Part shown: positions 50,901 through 63,055 of the stretch, piece by piece
Layout of the letters: each line of letters starts with the position of its first letter
Position numbering within the stretch: the stretch's first letter is position 1
Assembly: GCF_037042905.1 (NCBI RefSeq)
Contig: NC_087263.1
Coordinates: 10,232,001-10,296,000, forward strand
Length of the DNA: 64,000 bases
Direction of reading: 5' to 3'
Origin: Lytechinus pictus
Taxonomy: Eukaryota
Program-made: the position numbers and the translations under genes
The notes under the pieces: generated by a model
Told to the model about the DNA's origin: nothing
The model's input: the letters and a program-made list of their open reading frames with translations, nothing else
The model's database searches: none

Positions 50901-51739
50901 CTTTAGGCGAAATGCGTGGGAGATATCTTCTTAATTTCGATGTTCACAATGATTTATACCTCAAAAACTGTCCATCTAATAAAAAAACCCTTAATGAAAC
51001 ACATGAATATCATATATATCCTAAAAAAAAGGATTTCCCCCAAATATTTTTGATACTGTTTTCCTGTGGTCTATGTTTACGCTTGGGTGATCAAGAGGTA
51101 CTCTATGATTTCATTTAAAATTTGACCTGTGCCAATGTAAGATTGAAGTGGAGCGTTTCATGAAAGGACTTGTCAGACGATTTGTCCGACAAGTCCAATT
51201 TTATCCGACAGTTACCATAGTAACATTGCATCTCAGCCAATCAGAATCAAGGAAAGATGTGAGATCTGACAACTTGTCGGACAAAAATGTTGATGAAGCG
51301 CTCCACAGATGTCTATGAAGTCATAATCGTATTGTGGATACATTTTTTTTTCTATTCAAATGGACATTGGGATTTTTTTTACTTTTTATTTCATGACAAG
51401 CACATTCATTGAATTGTTTAATTTTTTAGATGTAGGCCTAAAGTTTTTTTTACTGCACAAATCAGGCATTTATCGTTTCATATAGAGGCTAAATCATTGG
51501 ATAAACCCCTTATAACGCTTTTAATTATGTGATAAAAGGGCTAATAAATAATAACATGCATATGAGTTGAATAAAAAATATCCTCAAATGCTGTGTAAAC
51601 TTAACGCAGTGTTATCATGGCTGGCCTGTTTGAGTGAACCAGCAAAATTCTTGATGTATAATTACAGATACGGTATTTCACCAAACAAACACCCTTGCTC
51701 CTTTTTAAAAAGAATATTGGTTAATTTTTACCCAAACTT

Positions 51740-52830
51740 TTTTAAGTAATTCTCTTAAAAGTTTACCTGGTCAAGTAGTCATGGATAATGTAAATTTATT
51801 ACAGGTTGAATCCACCAAATTTCTTGGGCTCTATATCGATCATGATTTGTCTTGAAAGTGTCACATTAATTACTTGTGTAATTTGACTTCTAGAAGTATC
51901 GGTATTTTAAGCAAGCTAAAATTCTTTTTTCCTGATTATATACTATTAAACTTATATATGACTCTCATTTCATCACGACTGAATTATGGTATATTGGCTT
52001 GGGGTAATACAAACAAGACGGTATTAGAAATGTTATTTAAATTACAAAAGCGGGCTATTAGGTTGATTAACCAATCTGTCTTTTATGCACACACAAATCC
52101 ATTATTTCTAAAATATAAAATCCTGAAAATTCATGATCTTTACGAATTTCATTTGGGTATATTCATGTTTCAACTCTCAAAAGATGATCTACCGGAAATT
52201 TTCTCTTTCTTGTTTCAAAGAAACAACCTCATCCATTCTTATCCTACCCACCAAAGGGACTCATTTCACCTTCCACGTACTCGTACGTTATTTGCTCAAA
52301 GAACAATTGTATTTGAAGGACCAAGGTTTTGGTATCATCTTCCAAACGAAATATCTAGCTGTTTATCCTTAAGTATGTTTAAATGTAAACTGAAATCATT
52401 TCTTTTGTCCAGTTATGGACTCCGTTAAGACGCACTGGCTGAATATATATAATGTATTTGATTTGTACCTTTTTAAAGGTATACTGCGGTATAGTTTTGA
52501 ATTTTTTCATTCTTCGCTCACCCCCCCCCCCCCCCTCTATTTCACATTTGTCCACTTTCCCTCTCATTCTTTACCCCGCGATTTTCCGCTAATCTTTAGC
52601 TTTTCCTTTTTAGTCTGACTTTTTTTTGTGTCCGATCTCCTTGGTTACTAATTTCATAATTACTTTAAGGAACCTGCAGACATTACAAGCTCTGCTTTTT
52701 ATGCAGGTTCCTTCATATTTCACTTTATCTACTGCCATTATATTTTGTATTGTGTATGTAATCAAATGTATTTCTTGTATTCTGTTATTATTTTGCTATC
52801 TTGTGAAGTACGAAAATAAATTCAATTCAA
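51740..52830 (+). mobile_element. 5'-truncated LINE (CR1/L2-group) with reverse-transcriptase C-terminal remnant and 3' tail
   Basis: ESTKFLGLYIDHDLS*KCHINY...LYMTLI..LNYGILAWG...KLQKRAIR...GPRFW..LP...FKCKLK; in-frame TGA at 51853-51855; ends AATAAATTCAATTCAA. Confidence 0.85.
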
Positions 52831-53159
52831 CCTTATTAGAGTGTTTGTTTAAAGTGTATGAGGCAGATTCATATATTTGACTTTCGACAATAGAAATGTG
52901 ACATGCTTCTTGGTGACAGCATATACTTATTTAACGGGATAGGGCCTACCCGAAATAATATAATATGATTAAATATACCCCAAAATCAAACAAACACAAC
53001 ACTGAAGACGTCATCAATATCGGATTAAAAAATAAGGAAGTAAAAGAATCAGGGGCGTAACAGGGGTCGGTGGCCGGGGGGGGGGGGAGCAAGAGCCAAA
53101 AATTTTCCGGTCATATCATGGCATGAACAGGATTTGTTATGATTGAGCCCCGAGCATTA

Positions 53160-56100
53160 TAGTATACCGGCCAAAACGATTTTTTATACTTTGGACGGCA
53201 AAATTTGTTAATGCTTGCTAATGCTTGGCATCCCAGCTAATAGTCTTGCAAAAATACCCCGGAATAGCGTACGGCCGGATGCCAAGCGCAATTTTGCGTG
53301 AAACTGTCATTTTTAGCGTAAAATCTGAAAGAATGTCGAAAATCACGCATTTTGATATTTTGACGGATTATTTTAATATTTTTTATCATCTTTGATATGC
53401 AATTATTTTTATTCAGAGTTTCAAATTATAAGTCTCATAAATATGCATTTCAAATTTGAATATTACACACACACATATGGCACAGGGAAACATAAAACCG
53501 CGATTTCCTCCAAATAAAAGTTTGTGAAAACTATCAATAGTTTTAAGTTTTTTACGCAACTTAAATTCTTCGATTTAAAAGCGTTTCTCAATCGAATGTA
53601 TAGTAAATGTCCTAATGCCACAAAAATTAAAAGAATTTTCAAGTAAGATGGAATATATCTCATTTTATGTTATCCGAAAGGAGACAATGTGCATTTTACC
53701 AGGCGCGCATTTTGAAAGAAATATTGAAAATACCGTACATTATGTACATAATTACATGTATAAGTACATACTAAAGCGAGTTTTTAATTACATGTATAAG
53801 TACATACTAAAACGAGTTTTTAATTGAATAGCACAATTTGTCAATTCTTTGCATCCCAGCTCAAATTCTTGCGGAAATACTGAGGAATAACGTACGGGCG
53901 GATGCCAAGTGCACTTTTGCGTGAAAGTATCATTTTTTGCGTGATATCTGAAAGAATGTCGAAAATCACGCATTTTGATATTTTGACGGATTATCATCAT
54001 ATTTTTGATTATCTTTGATATGGAATTATTTTTATTCAGCGTTTTAAATTATAAGTCTAGTAAATATGCATTTCAATTTGGAATATTACACACACATATA
54101 TGGCAATATGAAATATAAAATCGTGATTTACTAAAAATAATAGTTTTTGAAAACTATCAATAGTATAATGTTTGTGTTCTGCATCTCAATTTCGTCAATT
54201 TTAGCGCTAACCGAATAAATACATAATAATTGTTGTCATGGCACATATAGTGAAAACAAATGTTGAAATAAGATGCAAGATATATCATTTCATGTTATAT
54301 ATGCGAAAGATAACAATGTACATTTATCGGATGCGCATTTCTGATAAAATACAAACAGCGCACAATATTACATCTATATTGCACATACTAATATTAATCA
54401 GTGCGATACTCGGTTTGATCTGGTGAGCCGGGGTGAATCACAACGCAGCCCGAACACAGTACGTGTTCGGGCTGCCGCAGTAAGGCTAGATCTAACGTTC
54501 AGAAATAAATCCCTATGTGTACTCTAACGTTAGATCTAGTCGACTAAACCTACGTCCTAACGTTAGATCTAACGTTAGATCTAATAACTTCTAAGCTAAC
54601 TAACGACAATTAACATTAGATCTACCCGTCATAACGTTGTCGTTTGTCATACCTAGGCTAAGGCTAAGTAACGAGTAACGTTATGTTAACCTGTCCTTAG
54701 AAAGTGCAGTGACCGTCTAACCTTAATCTTTTCACCCGACTCACCTTTTGCGACTGCGAGCATGAATTTGAGCGGTCTGCGACAAGACTTGATGATTGAT
54801 ACATCCGTTATGTCCTTAATAAGTTAGCTTTCTTTTCAATAAATGCCATATATTTTAACATGAATTAACAAGCAAAAGTCAAAGATCGGCATCGTTCCAT
54901 CGATATGTCATATCCGTTGCGCGCACTTGTGTAAATGTGCGAATTGTCTAAAACTTTCGATCAAATCGCGCGGATATTTATGGTATCCGCAATCACCGCA
55001 GAAAGCAACATTTTGCATGCAATCAAATGGGGATCTCAGCCAAATTTTGCTATGCCCGTCGTTAAGGGGCGGGTCAGGGGGCAACGGGCAGAAATCTTGT
55101 TAACTATGCCCGTTGCCCTTGGTTACCACCTTAGTTTGTTGTTTTGAAGGCATGGTCGTTTACATGACCTCAGTTTTGACCAATCAGAGGAACGGATTAT
55201 TCGACATTCTTAAAGAGAGGTTTATAAAGGATTATGTTTACTTTTGTAGAGTTCGATCTTCTTGCTATTTCTGCGAATTAATTGGTGCTGAACGTAAATC
55301 TACCTGTGGCGATATTCATAAATAGGTCTGATATTTAATTTGCCGTTACCATGGTAATATTAATTTTGTAGGAATATCTATATCCAAAATAGAAACAGTA
55401 GCGTACCTAGGATTTTCCACAGGGGGGGGGGGGCAAAACCGTCGGCCAAAAAATTTGACAAGCAAAAAAAAGGCTTCAAGCTCGTCAGGGGAGGGGGGCA
55501 TGGATACGTCTTTTGCATGGGTTGGGACTCGTCAGGGAGCAGACTGCCCCATCTGCCCCCCCGTAGGTACGCTGGTGCATAGAAAATAAACATGTATGAA
55601 TAAAACGATCGAATTAGCATTTTTAAAACTACTCTGTCAATCTACATTTTACTTCAATTATTGGATTATCAAAGTCTAAAAAAATATGGCCGTTGCCACG
55701 GCAATACCTATTTTTGTCTCGCCTGCATGCATAGCAGAGCAGGACTAAATAAACCAGGGGGGCAGGGGTACATCCCCTGCATGAGTTGTGACTCGTCGGG
55801 GGGCAGTCTGCCCCCCCCCCTTTACGCTAGTGGTATATTATCTTGAAAACGGGACACTTTCAGCTCCATGTAATCCTTTCGGACACTATACATGACCTTA
55901 GGCAGCGGGGGGGGGGGGGGGGGGAAGAGGCAGTTGCGGCCAGAAATTTTGTAGCTCGTTTTAAGTATGTACTTATTCATGTAATTATGTTAATAATTTA
56001 CAGTATCTTCAGTTTTACATTCAAAATGCCCCCCTCCCCATTCCCGATAAATTTTGCATGTCCCCTTTCAGAAAATATATCTTCCATCTTACTTGAAAAT

Positions 56101-57200
56101 TCTTTTAATTTTTGTGGCATTAGGACATTTACTATACATTCGATTGAGAAACGCTTTTAAATCGAAGAATTTAAGTTGCGTAAAAAACTTTAAACTATTG
56201 ATAGTTTTCACAAACTTTTATTTGGAGGAAATCGCGGTTTTATGTTTCCCTGTGCCATATATGTGTGTGTAATATTAAAATTTGAAATGCATATTTATGA
56301 GACTTACAATATGAAACTCTGAATAAAAATAATTGCATATCAAAGATAATCAAAAATATTAAAATAATCCGTCAAAATATCAAAATGCGTGATTTTCGAC
56401 ATTCTTTCAGATTTTACGCTAAAAATGACAGTTTCACGCAAAATTGCGCTTGGCATCCGCCCGTACGTTATTCCTCAGGACTTCCGCAAGACTTTTAGCT
56501 GGGATGCAAAGAATTGAAAAATTGTGCTATCCAATTAAAAACTCGCTTTAGAATGCACTTATACATGTAATTAAAAACTCGCTTTGGTATGTACTTATAC
56601 ATGTAATTATGTACATAATGTACGGTATTTTCAATTTTTCTTTCAAAATGCGCACCTGGTAAAATGCACATTGTCTCCTTTCGGATAACATAAAGTGAGA
56701 TATCTTCCATCTTACTTGAAAATTATTTTAATATTTGTGACATTAGGACATTAACTATACATTTGATGGATAAACGCAGTTAAATCGAAGAATTTAAACT
56801 ACGTAAAAAAAACTTTAAACTATTGATAGTTTTCACAAACTTTTATTTGGAGGAAATCGCGGTTTTATGTTTCCCTGTGCAATATGTGTGTGTGTAATAC
56901 TCAAATTTAAAATGCATATCTATGAGACTTATAATTTGTAACTCTGAATAAAAATAATTTCATATCAAAGATAATTAAAAATATGATGATAATCCGTCAA
57001 AATATCAAAATGCGTGATTTTCGACATGCTTTCAGGTGTTACGCTAAAAATGACACTTTCACGCAAAATTGCGCTTGGCATCCGGCCATACGCTATTCCT
57101 GGGTATTTTTGCAAGACTTTTAGCTGGGATGCCAAGCATTAACAAATTTTGCCGTCGAATCCTTATCTAGAGCACTTTTTTACTTTTGGCCGGTCTACTA
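53160..57200. mobile_element. 4.0-kb non-autonomous foldback DNA transposon, TAG termini and 3-bp TTA TSD (Academ-like)
   Basis: tta|TAGTATACCGGCCAAAA ... TTTTGGCCGGTCTACTA|tta. Arms of about 1.1 kb, each made of ~624-bp tandem units (GCATCCCAGCT at 53228 and 53851; reverse complement at 56497 and 57122). Confidence 0.85.
55396..55577. mobile_element. hAT-like MITE nested in the foldback element
   Basis: aatagaaa|CAGTAGCGTACCTA ... TAGGTACGCTGGTG|catagaaa; 8-bp TSD with one mismatch. Confidence 0.7.
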
Positions 57201-59219
57201 TTAGGGCGAAGTTTCAATGCGTGATAATTTAAAAAAAAGAGGGAGCCCAGCATATGGCGCGCGCAACGAAAAGTTGCTTAATATAAGTCCCGAGCGAGCG
57301 AAGCGAGCGAGAAAAAAATCACTTTTTCATGAAAATCTAATTTTGAGATTGATTTTGACGTATTCAGAAAAAAAAAACATATCTTACATCTTCCTTTCCT
57401 TTTCTTACATCTTTTCTTTTTTGTTCTCAGTTGAACTTTTTGGGGCCAGTGCTATGCGGATCGGGTCTGGGGCAATGGCGGCACCAGGATTTTTAACCTA
57501 AAGGGAGGCAACACACAAATAGTTTACCTTTTTCTCAAAATCTAGCGAGAAGCGCGAGCTATAATTTTTTTGAAGTAGACCCTACTAACCTGAAAAGGGA
57601 CCTGTTAAGGACTAGCTGTTTGCATTGGGTCATGAAGATGATATCTCACCATATAAATAATGCGAGCGCGAAGCGCGAGCTGAAAACTGTTGATATCCTG
57701 AGATTGGAACTGGACGTTCTAAGCACTTTTTGCAATCATGAACTGGATGGTTATCTAATTAAACAATTATTGATACGAGCGCGTAGCGCGAGCTGAAAAT
57801 TTTTCATTTATGAAAATTCTGAATACGCAGGTTTTGTTTCTCGCTAAAACGAATAATGAAAACTCTAATCGCGAGAAGCATATTGACTTGAATATTGGAT
57901 TTTTAAGCCCCATGTGAACAGATAATATACTTATCTCAGTCAACAGTTACTGAGAGCGCCTAGCTCTGAAAGATTAATAATGTTAGTGACAAAATTGTTG
58001 GGAGCTAACTGTAAATGGATGATGAAATTTTCAAAATTTAAAGAACGAAAACGCTCTTTTGGAGCATTTTGCAGCTTTAATAGGATGCTTAAGACAACAT
58101 TTTGTATACATTTTTTTATATTTCAAAATTTCGGGGGGGCAACTCACTGTTGGCAAATATCCTCCGTACTTTCCCCCTTAGTGCCGCCACTGGTCTGGGG
58201 CGGAGCCCCTGGAACCTCGTGATATTTTTAAACATTGCAGATGGCCACTTTTTTATCAAATCGCGGGTACATACACAACACATTAACTCCAACGCAGTTG
58301 CTGATAATTAACAAAATATTTTGAGGCAACACAACATAGTAGATGTGAACAAATTTGTAACAGCCGCCAGCGAGCGAAGCGAGCCAGAAAAATTTGGTCT
58401 TTTAAAATGATTCTGAAATTGTAAATTCCAATAACGTGATAGTAGCTTTGGAAATTTAGTCAAAATAAATATAGAGCCTTTTTACAATTAATCTAGCCAG
58501 CGTAAAACTTTACTCAGGTTAGAACATAATATATGGGGATATAACTAGCCCTTGGCTAACCTTTGGCTAAGGATTTTTTTTGTCCTGATTGCGACCATTA
58601 TTGCATAAAATTTAGCAAGTTTATAATAGACGCCATCCACCTATCTTCCCGTTCTTTATATTTTTCAATCCTCGGCAGCCAGGTCGTGTTAAGTTCTTCT
58701 ATTTTTTCCTTGTCCCTTTTCTTCATATTCTTATTGCTAATTTAGCTTTTTGGCTCTTCCTTCATTTCCCGCCATTCTTGCACGTGCCATTGAGTCAAAT
58801 CTTTTTATTTTATCCCTCTCTTGCTAATCATGCAAAATGTATTAGTATTTCAGGATATTTTTGTAATTCCTAACGTGTTCTTCTTTCCTTCCTTTTCCCG
58901 CTTTCCTTCCATTTTCCCTAAAAAGTTATTTTTTTTTCTTTTTTTCCCTTTCTTTTCATTTTTCCCTTTCTCTCTTTCTCCCTTTTTTCTTTTTCCCGTT
59001 TTTTTATATTTTCCCTGTGAAATCCGCCAGGGGGCAGCTTGCCCCCCTGCCCCCCCTGCCTGTTACGCTACTGGTTTCGATCAGCAGAACCCCCCCCCCC
59101 CCCTCGTCCCACTTTCATAACGGTTTTGCCATGTTTTTAATTCTATTTTTATAATTTTTCTGTTGCAAATAGATATAATACAGATGTGAATTTTAAGGTT
59201 ATTTTCTTTATTTTCTTAC

Positions 59220-59551
59220 CGGTAATCAAGCTCGATACTATCAACGGCAGGACCAACATCTTCAGGAGCCTGACCAGGACGTCCCCAGGTAAACCAATGA
59301 TCTTGATCGCTGTGCTGCTAGGTTCGGCATTCCTCAGGACACCTCCAAAGAATACACCAAGGATCACACTTGCAAGGGTTAGTACCAGGAGCAAGTTTGC
59401 TCTCAACTTCGTCAACAAAACCATGCCAATCTCCCTCCAGCCCGTCGATCTCAAGTCCCTCAGGGTTCGTCGGGCGTTCCCCTGATGGGTCTCCGGCCCC
59501 CTGCTCCCGTCTTCATGGATTTCAAGATCAACCACCTTGTCATTCTCCATC
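59220..59551 (-). CDS. SLC1A2: SLC1A (excitatory amino acid transporter, EAAT2-like) first major coding exon (N-tail, TM1-2)
   Basis: MENDK...NLLLVLTLASVILGVFFG...IGLPGDVLVRLLKMLVLPLIVSSLITG; G|gtaaga donor; acceptor cttctccag|G immediately before the ATG. The symbol reflects similarity only; orthology is not established. Confidence 0.93.
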
Positions 59552-59929
59552 CTGGAGAAGGGTGTTCCTCTTTGAGTACTCTATTCAAAATGAGGCATGG
59601 AATCATGAAGAGCCGGGATAATAAATAGCTGCTACTTGTATATCAGAATACATATGACGTGTCTAGCTGGCCTGATTAAACCTCGTATCTCAAAATTATC
59701 TCTCTTTTTTTAGTGCAGCTTCGAAAAAGACTCATGTATTTTTAAAAATTGTGGCAGTCTCATATCGCATGAAAACAGTCTCCTGATACCTATGAAGAAC
59801 TCCTTTGAGGCAAAAGAAGATTGCTTCCAATAGTAGATCTCTAAAATCTAGCTTATTCTGAACTGGCATCAAAATTATTTAAATTTTGAGAAACGAGGTT
59901 TTATTACCCAGCCAATATGGTTTATTTCC

Positions 59930-60330
59930 AATTTGTCTAATGCCAATTCGTCCAATTGCCAACTCGTCTATATCATTTGGTCTACCATCAGTTCGTCCAC
60001 TCACCACATGGTCTACTTTCATTTAGTCTAGTGCCATTCCGTCTAATAACCGGTTGGTCCAATGGCCATTTAGTCCATCTAATTGAACTAAGTGTTAAAT
60101 TGTGCAAAATGAATGAAAATGAAAATGAAATGGTTACTAGACCAACTGGTTATGAGACGAAATGGTCGTAGACGAAATGGTAATTAGACGAAGTGATGAT
60201 TGGACCTTATGGTTAATGGACCAAATGGTTGTTAGAAGAAATGTTGATGGACGGAATGGCATTAGACTAAATAAAAATAGACCATGTGGAGAGTGGACGA
60301 GTTGGCAGTAGGCGAATAGGCAATTTACCG
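59930..60330. mobile_element. Foldback MITE with short tandem subrepeats
   Basis: TGCCAACTCGTC...CACCACATGGTCTA on the left pairs with TAGACCATGTGG...GACGAGTTGGCA on the right. Confidence 0.7.
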
Positions 60331-60538
60331 CCACGATGAGTATATACATATGCGGTACACGTCATGATACTTCATTTCGAGTAAATCCAGAAAAGGAAAA
60401 CGATATAAGTCCAATGAGGATTCAGGTAAGTTTTTCAGTCACTTTGGGGCTTTTAGGTGGAATTTCAGGATATAAATTATGCACAAAATGGGTACATGTA
60501 TACTATAAGCATCAATTATCCAGTTTTAACTCAATGAA

Positions 60539-61266
60539 CCCTAAAAGGACTGGGCTATTTGAGATGTATTGAGGACGAGGGGGGGGGGGCATGATGGCCC
60601 CCCTCCTTCTGATCTCGGCCGCCGTTCGCGCGATCGCGCCGAAATTTGGCACGCACATTCTTTTTCCATGTAAAGTACAAGCCAGTACAAAAAAAAATAT
60701 GAAAACGATTATTTTTTATTCATTATAAATGAAATATGCAAATTTATTTGTGAAAAACATTATTTGCATATATATTTAACACCAAATTTCACTTCAAAAT
60801 TTCTTCTTCTTTTTTCCCAGATGACATCTTTTTAATCAAATTTAAAGGTTTCCACAAAGAAAAATTGCAAGGGAATTTTTTCCTTATGTATTTCTTTGTT
60901 TTTTTATCTTTTGTTTTTCTTTTTTTTTTTCACTGGAAATTATTACAGACCATTTACCAACTAGATTAAACCCTAAATTAATTAAGCCGACCAATTAGAA
61001 TGAAAAATAATCACCCTTTTATGAATTTCATCTCCCATAGACTTTGTACACAAAGTGTAAAAAATGAGCCATTTTCGGCATGACATTGTCTCGTAAAAAG
61101 TCACGTGGCGTCGTGATGCTATACCCGTATGTCGCAAATTTGGTCTCAAAAATTGCGCGAGACTTCAGAAAAAAAAGTCATGAATTTTGCGGCGTTATCT
61201 TTTTTCGTTTTGGAAATATCGCGCGAAGCGTCGAGGGGGGCATAATGGCCCCCAGTCCTTTTAGGG
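60539..61266. mobile_element. piggyBac-like non-autonomous element
   Basis: tgaa|CCCTAAAAGGACTGGG ... CCCAGTCCTTTTAGGG|ttaa; perfect 16-bp TIR with CCC termini and a TTAA-type site. Confidence 0.8.
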
Positions 61267-61669
61267 TTAATACACTAGTAGTAGCATGAGTAAATACCAG
61301 TTATCGTTGTGATATTATGCAGTGGCGTATTGAACCAAAATATTTGAGGGGCACAACGTAGCGTTTTGGGCAACATTTCATTTCTATAGCCTGTTTAGAA
61401 GGATAATCTAAGTTAGATATAATTTATTACACATTAAAAGAAACATTGGATAATTGTTCATCCCTTCCATTTTCTCTTTAAACCTTTTAGACATGTCCCT
61501 TCTATTTTATTTCTAGGTTGGGGAACGTTTGGGGTCTAGTGGTCCCCAAGGCCCCATCTATCCATCATTGTGCATGCAAGCTCGCATCATATGTGTGTTT
61601 TCTTTCATGAATTTCGCCGGTGCTGATAATGAATTTCGTGTTGATCATGAATATCTACGTCTGTTTTAA

Positions 61670-62268
61670 AGGACAAGTCCACCCCAACGAAAAGTTGATT
61701 TAAATAAATGAGAAAAATATAGCAAACATATTAAACATTGAAAATTTCATGAAAATCGGATGTAAGATAAGAATGTTATGACATTTTGAAGTTTCGCTTA
61801 ATTCCATACAACAGTTACATGCACATCCTGGTCAGTATGCAAATGAGGTGAATAATGACGTCACCCACTCACAATTTCTTTTGTATTTCATTATATGAAA
61901 TATTCTAATTTTCTCCTCATTATCATGAGAAACAAAGTTTTGTTCCTCCCTGAACATGTAGAATTACCATTGTTCAACCATGTTTGGTTCAGTCCAGTTG
62001 TTCCTTGTCACATCGATAGAAATTGAAATATTATATAATTCAAACAATAAAAACAAAAGAAATAGTGAGTGAGGGACATCATCGACTCTCTCATTTGCAT
62101 ATCACTGAGTTGTCCATATAAATGTTTTGTGAAAAATAACCGAAACTTTCCAATACCATGACTTTCTTATTTTTACATCCGATTTTGATAAAACGTTCAG
62201 TGTTGTGCTTGTTTGATTTTTCTCTATTTATTCAATTCAACATTTTTTTTCTGAGGTGGCCTAGACCT
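61670..62268. mobile_element. Kolobok-like MITE (TTAA TSD), same family as 34227..34830
   Basis: ttaa|AGGACAAGTCCACCCC ... GAGGTGGCCTAGACCT|ttaa. Confidence 0.8.
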
Positions 62269-62600
62269 TTAACGTTTAAGATGCAAACATATGCTCACTG
62301 TTTCATGAATATAATTTATTGCGGTTTGAACGTACTCGAGTTAAGGGTCTGAAAAACAGCAAGTTTAGTATGTGCTAGTCTTTGTGTGGAGATCCCAATT
62401 GTTGATCATTGTTTCAATCAGGGCCAGTGACTAGATTCCTGACTTGAACCAAAGTACTAGGAGAGATGAAGTCCCTATTAATACAGTAGTGGTCTACATT
62501 TGATTAGATTTGATTTATTTATCTACCAACAATATTCACATGTCACGTGCATCCTAATATACTCTGTTTGCACTTAAAGAAGCCAGCCGCCCCACTGCAA

Positions 62601-62782
62601 GTATGTGTGTGTATTTGAGTTTTGTCAGACGTGTATCAATCAGATATGATTATTTACGTCTGGGACCGACCTTTAACGTCACCATCAGAAAGACGTGACC
62701 AGGGCTCGAACCTCGAACGTCTGCATCAATTTGTAACTTCCCCACATAGCTTGGATTACAAGCGCACGCCACAACGCCAAGT
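62601..62782 (-). mobile_element. SINE-like element with a 7SL RNA (Alu-domain)-like head, B box and (CA)n-like tail
   Basis: Minus strand ACTTGGCGTTGTGGCGTGCGCTTGTAATCCAAGCTATGTGGGGAAG...GGTTCGAGCCC...GTCTTTCTGATGGTGACGTTAAAGGTCGGTCCC...ATACACACACATAC. Confidence 0.65.
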
Positions 62783-62809
62783 TAATTTGGATGGATCAAT
62801 GAGTAATGA

Positions 62810-62855
62810 TTAAATAAAAAATATAAATAAATGAATGAATAAATACATACGTGAA

Positions 62856-62914
<59 letters not shown>

Positions 62915-62919
62915 ATGAA

Positions 62920-62958
<39 letters not shown>

Positions 62959-63055
62959 ATAGATAAATAAATGAATGAATGAATTAATAAATAAATAAAT
63001 TAATTAAATAAGTAAATAAATAAATAAATAAATATATAACTAAATAAATAAATAA
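62810..63055. repeat. (AAAT)n microsatellite
   Basis: Directly visible. Confidence 0.95.

Noticed and set aside
51874..52428. Host protein-coding gene of 184 aa
   Set aside because: It is the C-terminal part of a LINE ORF2, with an upstream in-frame stop and a LINE-type tail.
53050..59073. Single large outer element bounded by CAG(G/T)(G/A)GCGTAACAGG inverted ends
   Set aside because: The ends are similar but no TSD matches, and several fragments of the same family lie between them, so the pairing cannot be established.
62601..62782. Functional 7SL (SRP) RNA gene
   Set aside because: Similarity stops after about 45 nt; no S domain or 3' Alu strand is visible.
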